This document shows positions 46,143 through 58,260 of a stretch of 59,292 nt of DNA, one piece after another. The stretch lies in the IMG/VR virus record IMGVR_UViG_2850784384_000007; one strand, 5' to 3'. Position numbers and translations under genes: made by a program. The notes beneath the pieces are model-generated. The model did not search any database and was not told where the DNA came from. It was given only the letters and a program-made list of their open reading frames with translations. Origin of the DNA: a virus. Taxonomy: Duplodnaviria; Heunggongvirae; Uroviricota; Caudoviricetes. Position 1 is the stretch's first letter, and each line of letters begins with the position of its first letter.

Positions 46143-46148
46143 GGTCCG

Positions 46149-46932
46149 TTACCCCCTGAAGCCTGGCGGGATCGCACTGTCCGGCAACGAGACGGTGTTA
46201 ACCTGTCGGAGCAACGTCTCAGGCCGAACACCTTTCGGCGCGAACAGGCCCTGGTATTCATTGGCGATGCTGTGTCGAATCACCTGCTCAGGTGTAAAAC
46301 CCTGCTGACGGAATTTTTCCAGTTCCCGTATCGCCCTGCTCCGTTCGAATCGGTTTTCGCAATGCCTGTCTGAACCGGACCCACTCATGCCAGAGTGTTT
46401 CCGGCAACCAATCGGGCAGCTCAATAGCCTCCGGCTCGAATTTTTTAGACGCTCGTTTTTGGCGAGGGGGATTTAGGGGGAGATCAGTATTTAGATCTTC
46501 CTCTTCCTCTTCCTCTTCCACTGGTAACGCTTTTTGATCCGTTTGTGTAACGCTGGCAGCGTTACCTTTTCGTTTCAGTTCGCGTATTTTTGTTACTCGC
46601 TCGTTTGTAACCGCCCGTTTTTTAGAGCTTTTTCCGTTATGACGTTCAAAGTTAGGTAGAGAAAGCCCACCGTCATTTTCGACCAGCCATCCAACCTGAA
46701 TTAACGCATCAGCAAAACCAGACATAAAAGTGATGCGATCTATTGCACTTTTTGTAACGCCGCGAGCGTTACAATCTGCATTACCGTCTATCATTTGTTG
46801 ATCCGCCCATGCCCAGAAGCGAATAACCTTCCCTAATGCGGCATCTGGATCAATATTCAGAATCTCAGCAAGCCTGAATATTTCCGGCTTATCCGGCGTA
46901 ATAACCTCGAGCTTTATCCAGTTTGAAGCCAT
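46149..46932 (-). pseudogene. replisome organizer (Rac ydaU-like) with DnaT-like C-terminus in a different frame
   Basis: ORF 46288-46932 (214 aa) and ORF 46149-46424 (ending ..LPDSAIPPGFRG, DnaT-like) overlap in different frames; could also be a natural two-gene arrangement. Confidence 0.45.
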
Positions 46933-47009
46933 TTGTTTTCACCTTGTAACGCTCGCAGCGTTACATTTAACTGATACCGAACAAAACAATCCGGCACGAT
47001 TAATTTCAA

Positions 47010-47432
47010 TCAATGCACTACGACAGAATCGCCGGGCGACCCACCACCGCTGAAATGTGCTTTCCGGTAAACGGCCTGGACAGCATCATCATGCGCATCA
47101 ATTGCCGTACTCAACGCTTCCTGCGCCGCCAGTAATGCACGGCGTTCCAGGGTATCGAAGATACAGAGTCGGTGACGCAGCTCACGCGGAAGAATTGCCA
47201 GAACCGCAGGGATCAGTTTCTGAATTTTTTCCCTTTGCGCTTTCGTTTCACCTTTCAACCAACGGTGATAGATATTCTGCTGATTGTTCCAGTCCTTGCC
47301 TGGTACCAGAGACAATTCGCCGCCCCCCTGCCGCAGATATTCTTCAGTAATTGCGTTAGCGACCCACGCCTGCCCTTTTTCGGCTGCCAAGGCTAACAGC
47401 ACTGATTCGATGTGCTCATGCCTGATTTTCAT
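47010..47432 (-). CDS. ydaT: YdaT-like protein (Rac prophage CII-like regulator/toxin family)
   Basis: 140 aa, MKIRHEHIESVLLALAAEKGQAWVANAITEEYLRQGGGE... near-identical to K-12 YdaT as recalled. Confidence 0.8.
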   Translation of the reverse strand: MKIRHEHIESVLLALAAEKGQAWVANAITEEYLRQGGGELSLVPGKDWNNQQNIYHRWLKGETKAQREKIQKLIPAVLAILPRELRHRLCIFDTLERRALLAAQEALSTAIDAHDDAVQAVYRKAHFSGGGSPGDSVVVH

Positions 47433-47643
47433 GAATCACCTTCCCAGGTCGTTTTGCCTTACGATATTCGTCATAAACTTTGGGGTCGTACTGAAGTTCC
47501 CCGCCAGATGCCTCTTGCAGGCGCATCGCGCGACCTTCAGGAACCAGTTCCCCCCATGCAGCAATGCTTGCCAACCTAACTCCTGCGGCATTGGCAAGCT
47601 TTGTTTTGCTGCCAAAAAACGCTATAGCATCAATTTTCAACAT
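47416..47643 (-). CDS. ydaS: YdaS-like Cro-type HTH protein
   Basis: 75 aa, divergent from racR, overlapping ydaT start. Confidence 0.75.
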   Translation of the reverse strand: MLKIDAIAFFGSKTKLANAAGVRLASIAAWGELVPEGRAMRLQEASGGELQYDPKVYDEYRKAKRPGKVIHENQA

Positions 47644-47719
47644 ATCGAGCTCCTTAGATTTTCCTAAGGAAACCAGGCCGTAGAGAAACCTAAGTCAAGA
47701 AAAATTAGAATTCCCTAAT

Positions 47720-48127
47720 ATGAAAAACGAAACCTTCGGTGCTCGCCTCTTACATAGGCGTAAAAAATTAAAACTGTCTCAGGCCGCATTAGGTAAGCTG
47801 GTCAAAGTGGCTCACGTAACAATTTCTCAATGGGAAAGAGATGAAACACAGCCGGCGGGGAAAAGATTATTCGCACTGAGCCAAGCGCTTCAGTGCTCAC
47901 CGACTTGGCTTCTTTTTGGGGATGAAGATAAACAACCAGGCGAACCGATCCCGGATAATCAGCCAGCCATTCTGACAGAAGATCAAAAAGAGTTACTTCA
48001 ACTGTTCGACGCACTGCCTGAGTCAGAGCAAAAGGCCCTGTTGTCAGAGATGCGTGCTCGAGTTGAAAATTTCAACAAACTTTTTGAAGAACTACTCAAA
48101 GCTCGCAAAAGAAGCGCAAACAAATAA
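47720..48127 (+). CDS. racR: RacR-like prophage repressor (HTH only)
   Basis: 135 aa with HTH (LSQAALGKLVKVAHVTISQWERDETQP); divergent promoter region shared with ydaS. Confidence 0.75.
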   Translation: MKNETFGARLLHRRKKLKLSQAALGKLVKVAHVTISQWERDETQPAGKRLFALSQALQCSPTWLLFGDEDKQPGEPIPDNQPAILTEDQKELLQLFDALPESEQKALLSEMRARVENFNKLFEELLKARKRSANK

Positions 48128-48329
48128 TCCCCTTTTTTCTCCACACCCTGTAATAAAAAGCACAAACTTTCAAACACTTGTGTTTTTTACATCAAAAAAC
48201 TTAGGTTTTTCTACATAAAAATCTTGATCACCCTCCTTAGGTTATTCTAAATTTTATTCATCAAGACACCGCACGGTGTTCTCAGCAAACAGTTCCGCTA
48301 CCCCGGCGTTAAGGGGAAATGGGGTCAAC

Positions 48330-48485
48330 ATGAATACTATCGATCTTGGCAACAACGAATCTCCGGTGTACGGCGTGTTCCCCAACCAGGACGGCACATT
48401 CACCGCCATAACGTATACCAAAAGCAAAACGTTTAAAACCGAAGCTGGCGCACGTCGTTGGTTGGGAAGACATTCAGGTGAGTAA
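48330..48485 (+). CDS. YdaF-like small protein
   Basis: MNTIDLGNNESPVYGVFPNQDGTFTAITYTKSKTFKTEAGARRWL... resembles Rac YdaF as recalled. Confidence 0.5.
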   Translation: MNTIDLGNNESPVYGVFPNQDGTFTAITYTKSKTFKTEAGARRWLGRHSGE

Positions 48486-48690
48486 AATGAACGAGACAGA
48501 ATTAAAACACGTTATCGCTCTACTCCTAGAAGATGCAAAACGCCTCCAGCAACTGGAGCCAAATGCAGGCACTGGGGCACGCATCTGGCTGGCTAAAGAA
48601 GCGCTGGAATCTGGCGATTATGATAGCGAAGAAGCCTTCTACAAAGCAGAAGGCCGTGCAGGATATTCACCGGGTCTTGGCGGGGTATAA
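48478..48690 (+). CDS. small hypothetical protein (Rac ydaG-position)
   Basis: 70-aa ORF overlapping previous stop. Confidence 0.35.
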   Translation: MSKMNETELKHVIALLLEDAKRLQQLEPNAGTGARIWLAKEALESGDYDSEEAFYKAEGRAGYSPGLGGV

Positions 48691-50298
48691 ATACCATGCG
48701 CATTGACTGAATTCGCAAACAAAAACAGACGCGCGATACCCGGATAGTCGGTCTGCATAGTCAGATATCTGGCTGCGAATTTGATAAATATCACCGCCCT
48801 TTTCGGAAACATAAGTTCCGTCCGGGAGTTGATTATACGAACCATCTCCATGGGGGATCGTTCTCCTGAATCCTAGTGAGAGCATATATTTATGAAGCCC
48901 TTCGTAATCCTCTGGCTCAGTGGATTTGCCCCTATATTTCCAGACATCTGTTATCACTTAACCCATTACAAGCCCGCTGCCGCAGATATTCCCGTGGCGA
49001 GCGATAACCCAGCGCACTATGCGGATGCCATTCGTTATAATGCTCGAACGCCTCTGCAAGGTTCTTTGCTGCCGTTAACCCGTCTGGTTTGGGCATGATA
49101 CTGATGTAGTCACGCTTTATCGTTTTCACGAAGCTCTCTGCTATTCCGTTACTCTCCGGACTCCGCACCGCCGTGTTCTTCGGTTCAAGTCCCAACATCC
49201 GGGCGAACTGGCGTGTTTCATTAGCCCGGTAGCATGAACCATTATCCGTCAGCCACTCCACTGGAGACGACGGAAGATCGTTGCCGAAGCGGCGTTCCAC
49301 CGCTCCCAGCATGACGTCCTGTACTGTTTCACTGTTGAAGCCGCCGGTAGTCACCGCCCAGTGCAGTGCCTCACGATCACAGCAGTCCAGCGCGAACGTG
49401 ACACGCAGTCTCTCTCCGTTATCACAGCAGAACTCGAACCCGTCAGAGCACCATCGCTGATTGCTTTCTTTCACGGCCACTCTGCCTGTATGTGCCCGTT
49501 TCGATGGCGGTACAGCAGGTTTTCGCTCAAGCAACAGCGCATTCTGGCGCATGAGCCGGTAAACACGTTTGGCATTGATCGCAGGCATACCATCAAGTTC
49601 TGCCTGTCTGCGAAGCAGCGCCCATACCCGACGATAACCATACGTGGGCAGCTCTCCGATAACATGGTGTATACGGAGAAGCACATCCGTATCATCAGTG
49701 TGACGACTGCGGCGGCCATCCATCCAGTCATCGGTTCGTCTGAGAATGACGTGCAACTGCGCACGCGACACCCGGAGACAACGGCTGACTAAGCTTACTC
49801 CCCATCCCCGGGCAATAAGGGCGCGTGCGCTATCCACTTTTTTGCCCGTCCATATTCAACGGCTTCTTTGAGGAGTTCATTTTCCATCGTTTTCTTGCCG
49901 AGCAGGCGCTGGAGTTCTTTAATCTGCTTCATGGCGGCAGCACGTTCAGAGGCAGGAACAACCTGTTCTCCGGCGGCCACAGCAGTAAGACTTCCTTCCT
50001 GGTATTGCTTACGCCAGAGAAATAACTGGCTGGCTGCTACACCATGTTGCCGGGCAACGAGGGAGACCGTCATCCCCGGTTCAAAGCTCTGCTGAACAAT
50101 TGCGATCTTTTCCTGTGTGGTACGCCGTCTGCGTTTCTCCGGCCCTAAGACATCAATCATCTGTTCTCCAATGACTAGTCTAAAAACTAGTATTAAGACT
50201 ATCACTTATTTAAGTGATACTGGTTGTCTGGAGATTCAGGGGGCCAGTCTACTCAGCATTATATAGTTCTACTCTGGCGAGATACGTTGGCATATTCA
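48667..50298 (-). pseudogene. small phage gene (~96 aa when rejoined) disrupted by IS2
   Basis: Removing IS2 and one copy of the 5-bp duplication joins MPTYLARVELYNAE to PEDYEGLHKYMLSLGF... in frame. Confidence 0.4.
48921..50251 (-). mobile_element. IS2 with 5-bp CTCAG target duplication; insD 48932-49837, insC 49795-50160
   Basis: Ends TGGATTTGCCCCTATATTTCCAGACATCTGTTATCACTTAA and ...TGGTTGTCTGGAGATTCAGGGGGCCAGTCTA; Ins[19 protein letters not shown]..., InsD 301 aa; CTCAG on both flanks. Confidence 0.9.
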
Positions 50299-50697
50299 TT
50301 TCCTTACTGGTTGTGTGAGAACTTCAGTAAAGATACCACCAAAGCCCGGAAGTGGTGAAATAAAACCGGGCACAACACGAAGGCGCATTTCCGGTATCCA
50401 TAAAGAGTCGGTCTTGTCTGTGAAATTTAAATGGTGGGAGTGCGCTTCCGGTTGTAAATAACGACATTGCTGTGTGAAGTACCAGTTGGCGGCATCGGTT
50501 TAATTGCTGGCTGATGTCCGCCCTTTTTAAAGTGAATTTTGTGATGCGGTGAATGCGGCTATGCGCACGCGGCACAGTTAAAAGTCATGTTAGTCCTTAT
50601 TGGTTTGGGTGGGAAAGCCAACTGTAATTGTTAACTGGTTAACGTCACCTGGAGGCACCAGGCACCGCATCAACAAAGTTCACTTCGGTGATGAAAG

Positions 50698-51556
50698 GAA
50701 AGAGAAAATGTTGAATGTAGCTATTGAAAACCAGAACGGGTGGAATTATAGTGCACCTGCACCTCATAAAACGGGTGCCGGGATTGCTACCCCGACGATG
50801 ACTACTGCGCATAACCGCGCTCAGGCGGTTTTTTTATGCGTCAAGCACAGCCACATTCAGATTATGGTGGGGCGTGCAGGGCAGCCGCAAGGCTGGCCGG
50901 TTTCGGTAGTCACCGGTTGTAGCAACCCTGTGCGTCTCACCACCCATGAGATTGCTACCTCTGGTGGTGAGTCATTTAAACTGACTATCGAGGCTGCCAT
51001 CATGGCTACTATCCTTACCCTTTCTCACCCTGACGCAACCATCGAAAATGGTCGCGCTGTCACTACGTCTGTTGCGGTTGCGGAGTTCTTCCGGAAAATG
51101 CACAAAAACGTTATTCAGAAGATCGAAACTCTCGAATGCTCGCCGGAGTTTAACCGGCTTAATTTTAAGCCCGTCACCTATACCGACGCCAAAGGCGAAA
51201 AACGCCCAATGTACCAAATCACCAAAAACGGCTTCGTTTTCCTGGTGATGGGCTTCACTGGCAAAAAAGCCGCCGCATTCAAGGAAGCCTACATTGCTGA
51301 GTTCGACCGCATGGAGGCCGAACTGCGCCAGAATAACACCCCACCTGCTGACAAGATGATTCCGGGTGATGGTCGCACTCTGGTTGTTCACTTCGACAAA
51401 TTCGGCAATGTCGAATTCACCGAAACCGTTCCTGATGGCGCACTGGTCTGTACCCTGGAGACTTTCCGGTTTTATCTGGAAAAACAGGGATGGACTCTTG
51501 TTAACCGGGGCGCAATTAAAAATATGACTGTGGAACAATTACTTTCTTTAAAATAA
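50698..51556 (+). CDS. Rha-family phage regulatory protein (antirepressor-like), intact
   Basis: 286 aa from ATG at 50698 with RBS; Rha-domain-like segment TSVAVAEFFRKMHKNVIQKIETL and ..GFVFLVMGFTGKKAAAFKEAYIAEF. Confidence 0.65.
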
Positions 51557-51572
51557 AAATGGAGCTACGGAT

Positions 51573-51854
51573 ATGAACCCTATGCTTGATTATTGTTTTA
51601 CCTCTGCACCTCAGCAGACCATAACACACACCGGAATCAAAAATTTGTTATGGATAATCAAAAAAAACCTCCAGCAGAAAGGTGATCCCGATTTAATTCC
51701 CTGTGCTTATGGCCTGTGTGACAGACAAGTAAGCCCTGATAAGGCTTACACTGCTGAACTTATTTACATGCACGGAACCATGATGAGGAAAAAGAAACGC
51801 AAATATTGTAGTGAAATCTGCGCCGAAAAAGACCAGATGGCACACGAACTTTAA
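51573..51854 (+). CDS. hypothetical small Cys-containing protein
   Basis: 93-aa ORF immediately downstream of the Rha gene. Confidence 0.35.
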   Translation: MNPMLDYCFTSAPQQTITHTGIKNLLWIIKKNLQQKGDPDLIPCAYGLCDRQVSPDKAYTAELIYMHGTMMRKKKRKYCSEICAEKDQMAHEL

Positions 51855-51928
51855 TTAACTGACTATTCGAAACTGAATTTATGCCAGCAATGGCAGGGAT
51901 TCGCTCAACCTTAATTAAGGAGAAAAAC

Positions 51929-52005
51929 ATGAACACCAATTATGAAGCCACTGTTGCAACTACTGATAACATTGTTCACGAGGTTTACCTGGAAGGAAAG
52001 CATAT
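51929..52005 (+). pseudogene. 5' fragment of an unknown gene truncated by IS600
   Basis: AAGGAG RBS then ATG; MNTNYEATVATTDNIVHEVYLEGKHIE then the IS600 terminus. Confidence 0.3.
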
Positions 52006-53242
52006 TGAGGTAGCCTGAGTTTAACGGACACTCCTTCCTGAAATAGAATGGCATCAGAAGGAGCTAATAATGAGCAGAAAAACCCAACGTTACTCTAAAG
52101 AGTTCAAAGCCGAAGCTGTCAGAACGGTTCTTGAAAATCAACTTTCGATCAGTGAAGGCGCTTCCCGATTATCTCTTCCTGAAGGCACTTTAGGACAATG
52201 GGTTACCGCCGCCAGAAAAGGGCTCGGTACTCCTGGTTCCCGCACGGTGGCTGAACTGGAATCTGAAATTCTGCAACTGCGTAAGGCGTTAAATGAAGCT
52301 CGCCTTGAGCGCGATATATTAAAAAAATCAACAGCGTATTTTGCACAGGAGTCGCTGAAAAATACGCGTTAATCGAACAATGGCGACAACAATTTCCCAT
52401 TGAAGCGATGTGTCAGGTATTTGGTGTATCCAGGAGCGGTTATTACAACTGGGTACAGCATGAACCCTCAGACAGAAAACAAAGTGATGAGCGGCTAAAA
52501 CTGGAGATTAAGGTGGCACATATCCGCACTCGCGAAACATATGGAACCCGGCGGCTCCAGACGGAGCTGGCAGAGAATGGCATCATCGTTGGTCGTGACC
52601 GACTGGCACGTCTTCGTAAGGAGCTGAGGCTACGCTGTAAGCAGAAACGCAAGTTCAGAGCGACTACGAACCCGAACCACAATCTGCCTGTTGCGCCAAA
52701 TCTGCTGAACCAGACGTTCGCTCCTACAGCACCAAATCAGGTCTGGGTGGCGGACCTGACGTATGTTGCTGGCATCAAAGATGTTTATACGTGCGAAATT
52801 GTCGGCTACGCCATGGGAGAGCGCATGACAAAAGAGCTGACAGGTAAAGCCCTGTTTATGGCGCTCAGGAGCCAGCGCCCACCTGCCGGGCTAATCCACC
52901 ACTCTGATCGAGGTTCACAGTACTGCGCATACGATTACCGGGTCATACAGGAGCAGTTTGGTCTGAAAACATCAATGTCGCGTAAAGGTAACTGTTACGA
53001 CAACGCTCCGATGGAAAGCTTCTGGGGAACGCTGAAAAATGAGAGCCTGAGCCACTATCGTTTTAATAACCGGGATGAAGCCATCTCAGTAATACGGGAA
53101 TACATTGAGATTTTCTACAATCGTCAGCGTCGTCACTCTCGTCTGGGGAATATCTCCCCGGCAGCCTTCAGGGAAAAATATCATCAGATAGCTGCTTAAA
53201 AAAAGAACAAATGGTAGTGTCCGCTATTGCCAGTACACCTCA
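52006..53242 (+). mobile_element. IS600 copy 4 (1237 bp, 27-bp deletion variant); orfA 52070-52372, orfB 52408-53199
   Basis: Same termini as copy 3; OrfB 263 aa; no target duplication. Confidence 0.9.
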
Positions 53243-55120
<1,878 letters not shown>

Positions 55121-55419
55121 TGTTTTTTAACCTCAACTCAGATTAAAATTACTGCGAGTGATGAATAAATGTCCCAGGTTCTTCACTCAGGCCTGCACAC
55201 TGTGCAGGCTTTCTTTTTTTCAGATTTCACCTTTTAATTTCATTGCAATCAGATTTGCCAGAAATTCGGCTTTTTTTCTGCGGGCAGATTATTTCCGATG
55301 TAAACTAGGCACATTTTTGTGGCACCTTCAACAAGAGTTTTAAAGTTTCCTGATAGACCGTCGATATCAACTACAGTGAATGGGGTTTCTTTATTTTCTG
55401 TTTTAATTACGTAGCCAAT

Positions 55420-56683
55420 ATGAGGTGTACTGGCAATAGCGGACACTACCATTTGTTCTTTTTTAAGCAGTCATCTGATGATATTTTTCCCTGAAGGCTG
55501 CCGGGGAGATATTCCCCAGACGAGAGTGACGACGCTGACGATTGTAGAAAATCTCAATGTATTCCCGTATTACTGAGATGGCTTCATCCCGGTTATTAAA
55601 ACGATAGTGGCTCAGGCTCTCATTTTTCAGCGTTCCCCAGAAGCTTTCCATCGGAGCGTTGTCGTAACAGTTACCTTTACGCGACATTGATGTTTTCAGA
55701 CCAGACTGCTCCTGTATGACCCGGTAATCGTATGCGCAGTACTGTGAACCTCGATCAGAGTGGTGGATTAGCCCGGCAGGTGGGCGCTGGCTCCTGAGCG
55801 CCATAAACAGGGCTTTACCTGTCAGCTCTTTTGTCATGCGCTCTCCCATGGCGTAGCCGACAATTTCGCACGTATAAACATCTTTGATGCCAGCGAGGTA
55901 CAACCATCCCTCCTGTGTGGCAACATACGTCAGGTCCGCCACCCAGACCTGATTTGGTGCTGTAGGAGCGAACGTCTGGTTCAGCAGATTTGGCACAACT
56001 GGCAGATTGTGGTTCGGGTTCGTAGTCGCTCTGAACTTGCGTTTCTGCTTACAGCGTAGCCTCAGCTCCTTACGAAGACGTGCCAGTCGGTCACGACCAA
56101 CGATGATGCCATTCTCTGCCAGCTCCGTCTGGAGCCGCCGGGTTCCATATGTTTCGCGAGTGCGGATATGTGCCACCTTAATCTCCAGTTTTAGCCGCTC
56201 ATCACTTTGTTTTCTGTCTGAGGGTTCATGCTGTACCCAGTTGTAATAACCGCTCCTGGATACACCAAATACCTGACACATCGCTTCAATGGGAAATTGT
56301 TGTCGCCATTGTTCGATTAACGCGTATTTTTCAGCGACTCCTGTGCAAAATACGCTGTTGCTTTTTTTAATATATCGCGCTCAAGGCGAGCTTCATTTAA
56401 CGCCTTACGCAGTTGCAGAATTTCAGATTCCAGTTCAGCCACCGTGCGGGAACCAGGAGTACCGAGCCCTTTTCTGGCGGCGGTAACCCATTGTCCTAAA
56501 GTGCCTTCAGGAAGAGATAATCGGGAAGCGCCTTCACTGATCGAAAGTTGATTTTCAAGAACCGTTCTGACAGCTTCGGCTTTGAACTCTTTAGAGTAAC
56601 GTTGGGTTTTTCTGCTCATTATTAGCTCCTTCTGATGCCATTCTATTTCAGGAAGGAGTGTCCGTTAAACTCAGGCTACCTCA
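55420..56683 (-). mobile_element. IS600 copy 5, full length 1264 bp; orfB 55463-56281, orfA 56317-56619
   Basis: Both termini present; OrfB is the 272-aa form. Confidence 0.9.
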
Positions 56684-57302
56684 CATGTCTCTGGCGCAAT
56701 GCCCGGGCTTTTTATTCGCACATCGTGAGGAATGCACCGTGGAAATTAAAAAAATCATTAATCCCCGTTATACCGAAAGTGGCGCAGTAGACTGTGACGT
56801 TTTTTTTGACGACAGGGACCAGGCAGTCCCCTACACAGCCACCGCTGATGATGTCGCACCGACGGGTCAGCGAATCTGGCAGGAACTGCAAAGTGGCAAA
56901 TGGGGTGAGATAGCCCCATTCACTGTGACACCAGAAATGCTGGAAGCGGCCAGAGAGGCCAGACGTCAGGAAATTGAAGCATGGCGCACAGAACAGGAGG
57001 CGAAGCCGTTCACGTTTGAATGGAACGGTCGTATCTGGAATGCTGGCCCCAACTCACTGGGCCGCCTTTATCCGGTGGTAATGGCTGCGAAATCCGACAT
57101 TGTACGGGACGTGATGACGTGGGGTGATGCCGATAATCAGCAGGTGAAACTGTCGATGCCGGAACTGGAAGAACTGGCGGCAGCAATGGTGCAGGCGCAG
57201 GTCGATCGCAACGATGAGATTTATCGCCGTCAGCGTGAAATGAAAGAGGAGCTGAGCGGTCTGGATGATTTGGCTTCAATTCGGGCGTTTGACGTTGAGT
57301 AA
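56684..57302 (+). CDS. tfa: tail fiber assembly protein Tfa, second copy (inverted relative to 3003-3626)
   Basis: [31 protein letters not shown]... about 90% identical to the first Tfa; starts immediately after the IS600 end. Confidence 0.8.
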
Positions 57303-58260
57303 TGAATAAGCCGCAACTGGCGGAATCACAGAAGACCGCTTTGCTTACCGAAGCGGAGTCTGTCATCCGGCCGCCGGGGCGTGCTGTCAGGCTGAACAGG
57401 GAAACGGATGAATCCGGGGAGGCCCGGGGGCGGGCCTCTGTTTTTCCGGAGTCAGTCCGGTCTGTGGTTTATGCGATGTGATTATGAATGGTGCAGTTGT
57501 GAGCCGTTTTCAGACAATCGCAGGGCCAGTACCTCGTCAGTCAGCTGACGGTAAATCTGCTGTTCAGTCTCACGCATCACCTGTGCTCCTGCTTCCCTCT
57601 CCGCATCCGCATCATCGCTCAGACCGGATGCTTTCAGCCGGTCAGCCACCCTCTGAGGGTACTCATTCTCCAGCATCTCATACTTCTGCTCTTCTGCCTG
57701 CGCCCAGCGGTCAGCTTCCGTACGCTTCAGTACAGCATGCCATGGTCCCCAGAGGGAGAACCAGTCCGTAAATTCATTCTCTTCACGGCTTCTGACCATG
57801 GCTTCGGCAGTGCGGAGGTCATTTGCTGTCACTCCCGACACGCCATAGAAACGCATTTCCTTCACGGCAGTGGAGAGCTGAAGTTTCTCTGCGAGCATGG
57901 TCTGGAAGGCCAGGTAGACTTCTATCTCATCCACAAAATGGAGAGTTCTGACTTTATCCCGGGCAATGTCCTCCAGAATTTCGAGGCGGAACATTTCCCT
58001 GCCCAGGGAGAGCAGAGCGCCGGTATCATTATCGAAAAGGCCTTCAGATGCCTGATGGACCAGGAGGGTTTTCCGGAGATTGTTCCATGTGAGCGCGACA
58101 CGGTCCTCACAGCTCTCAGTGGCATCAGCAGCAACAGCGAAAGACTGCTGTCGAAGCTCCGCAGAGGCACTGAGTTTTTCCAGCCATGCAGCGACCTGTT
58201 CACGGAATCCGGAGGTATTGCGTGCAGAGACGGTATCGGAAAGGCGGTCAAGGAACGCGG
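56684..58260. repeat. right arm of the inverted ipaH-tfa repeat
   Basis: See left arm. Confidence 0.7.

Noticed and set aside
46485-46520. CTTCCTCTTCCTCTTCC trinucleotide repeat
   Set aside because: Encodes a poly-Glu linker (EEEEEEE) inside the ydaU-like ORF; not a CRISPR array or regulatory element.
50324-50575. 83-aa minus-strand ORF between IS2 and the Rha gene
   Set aside because: No RBS or recognisable features; lies in the likely promoter/operator region of the divergent genes.
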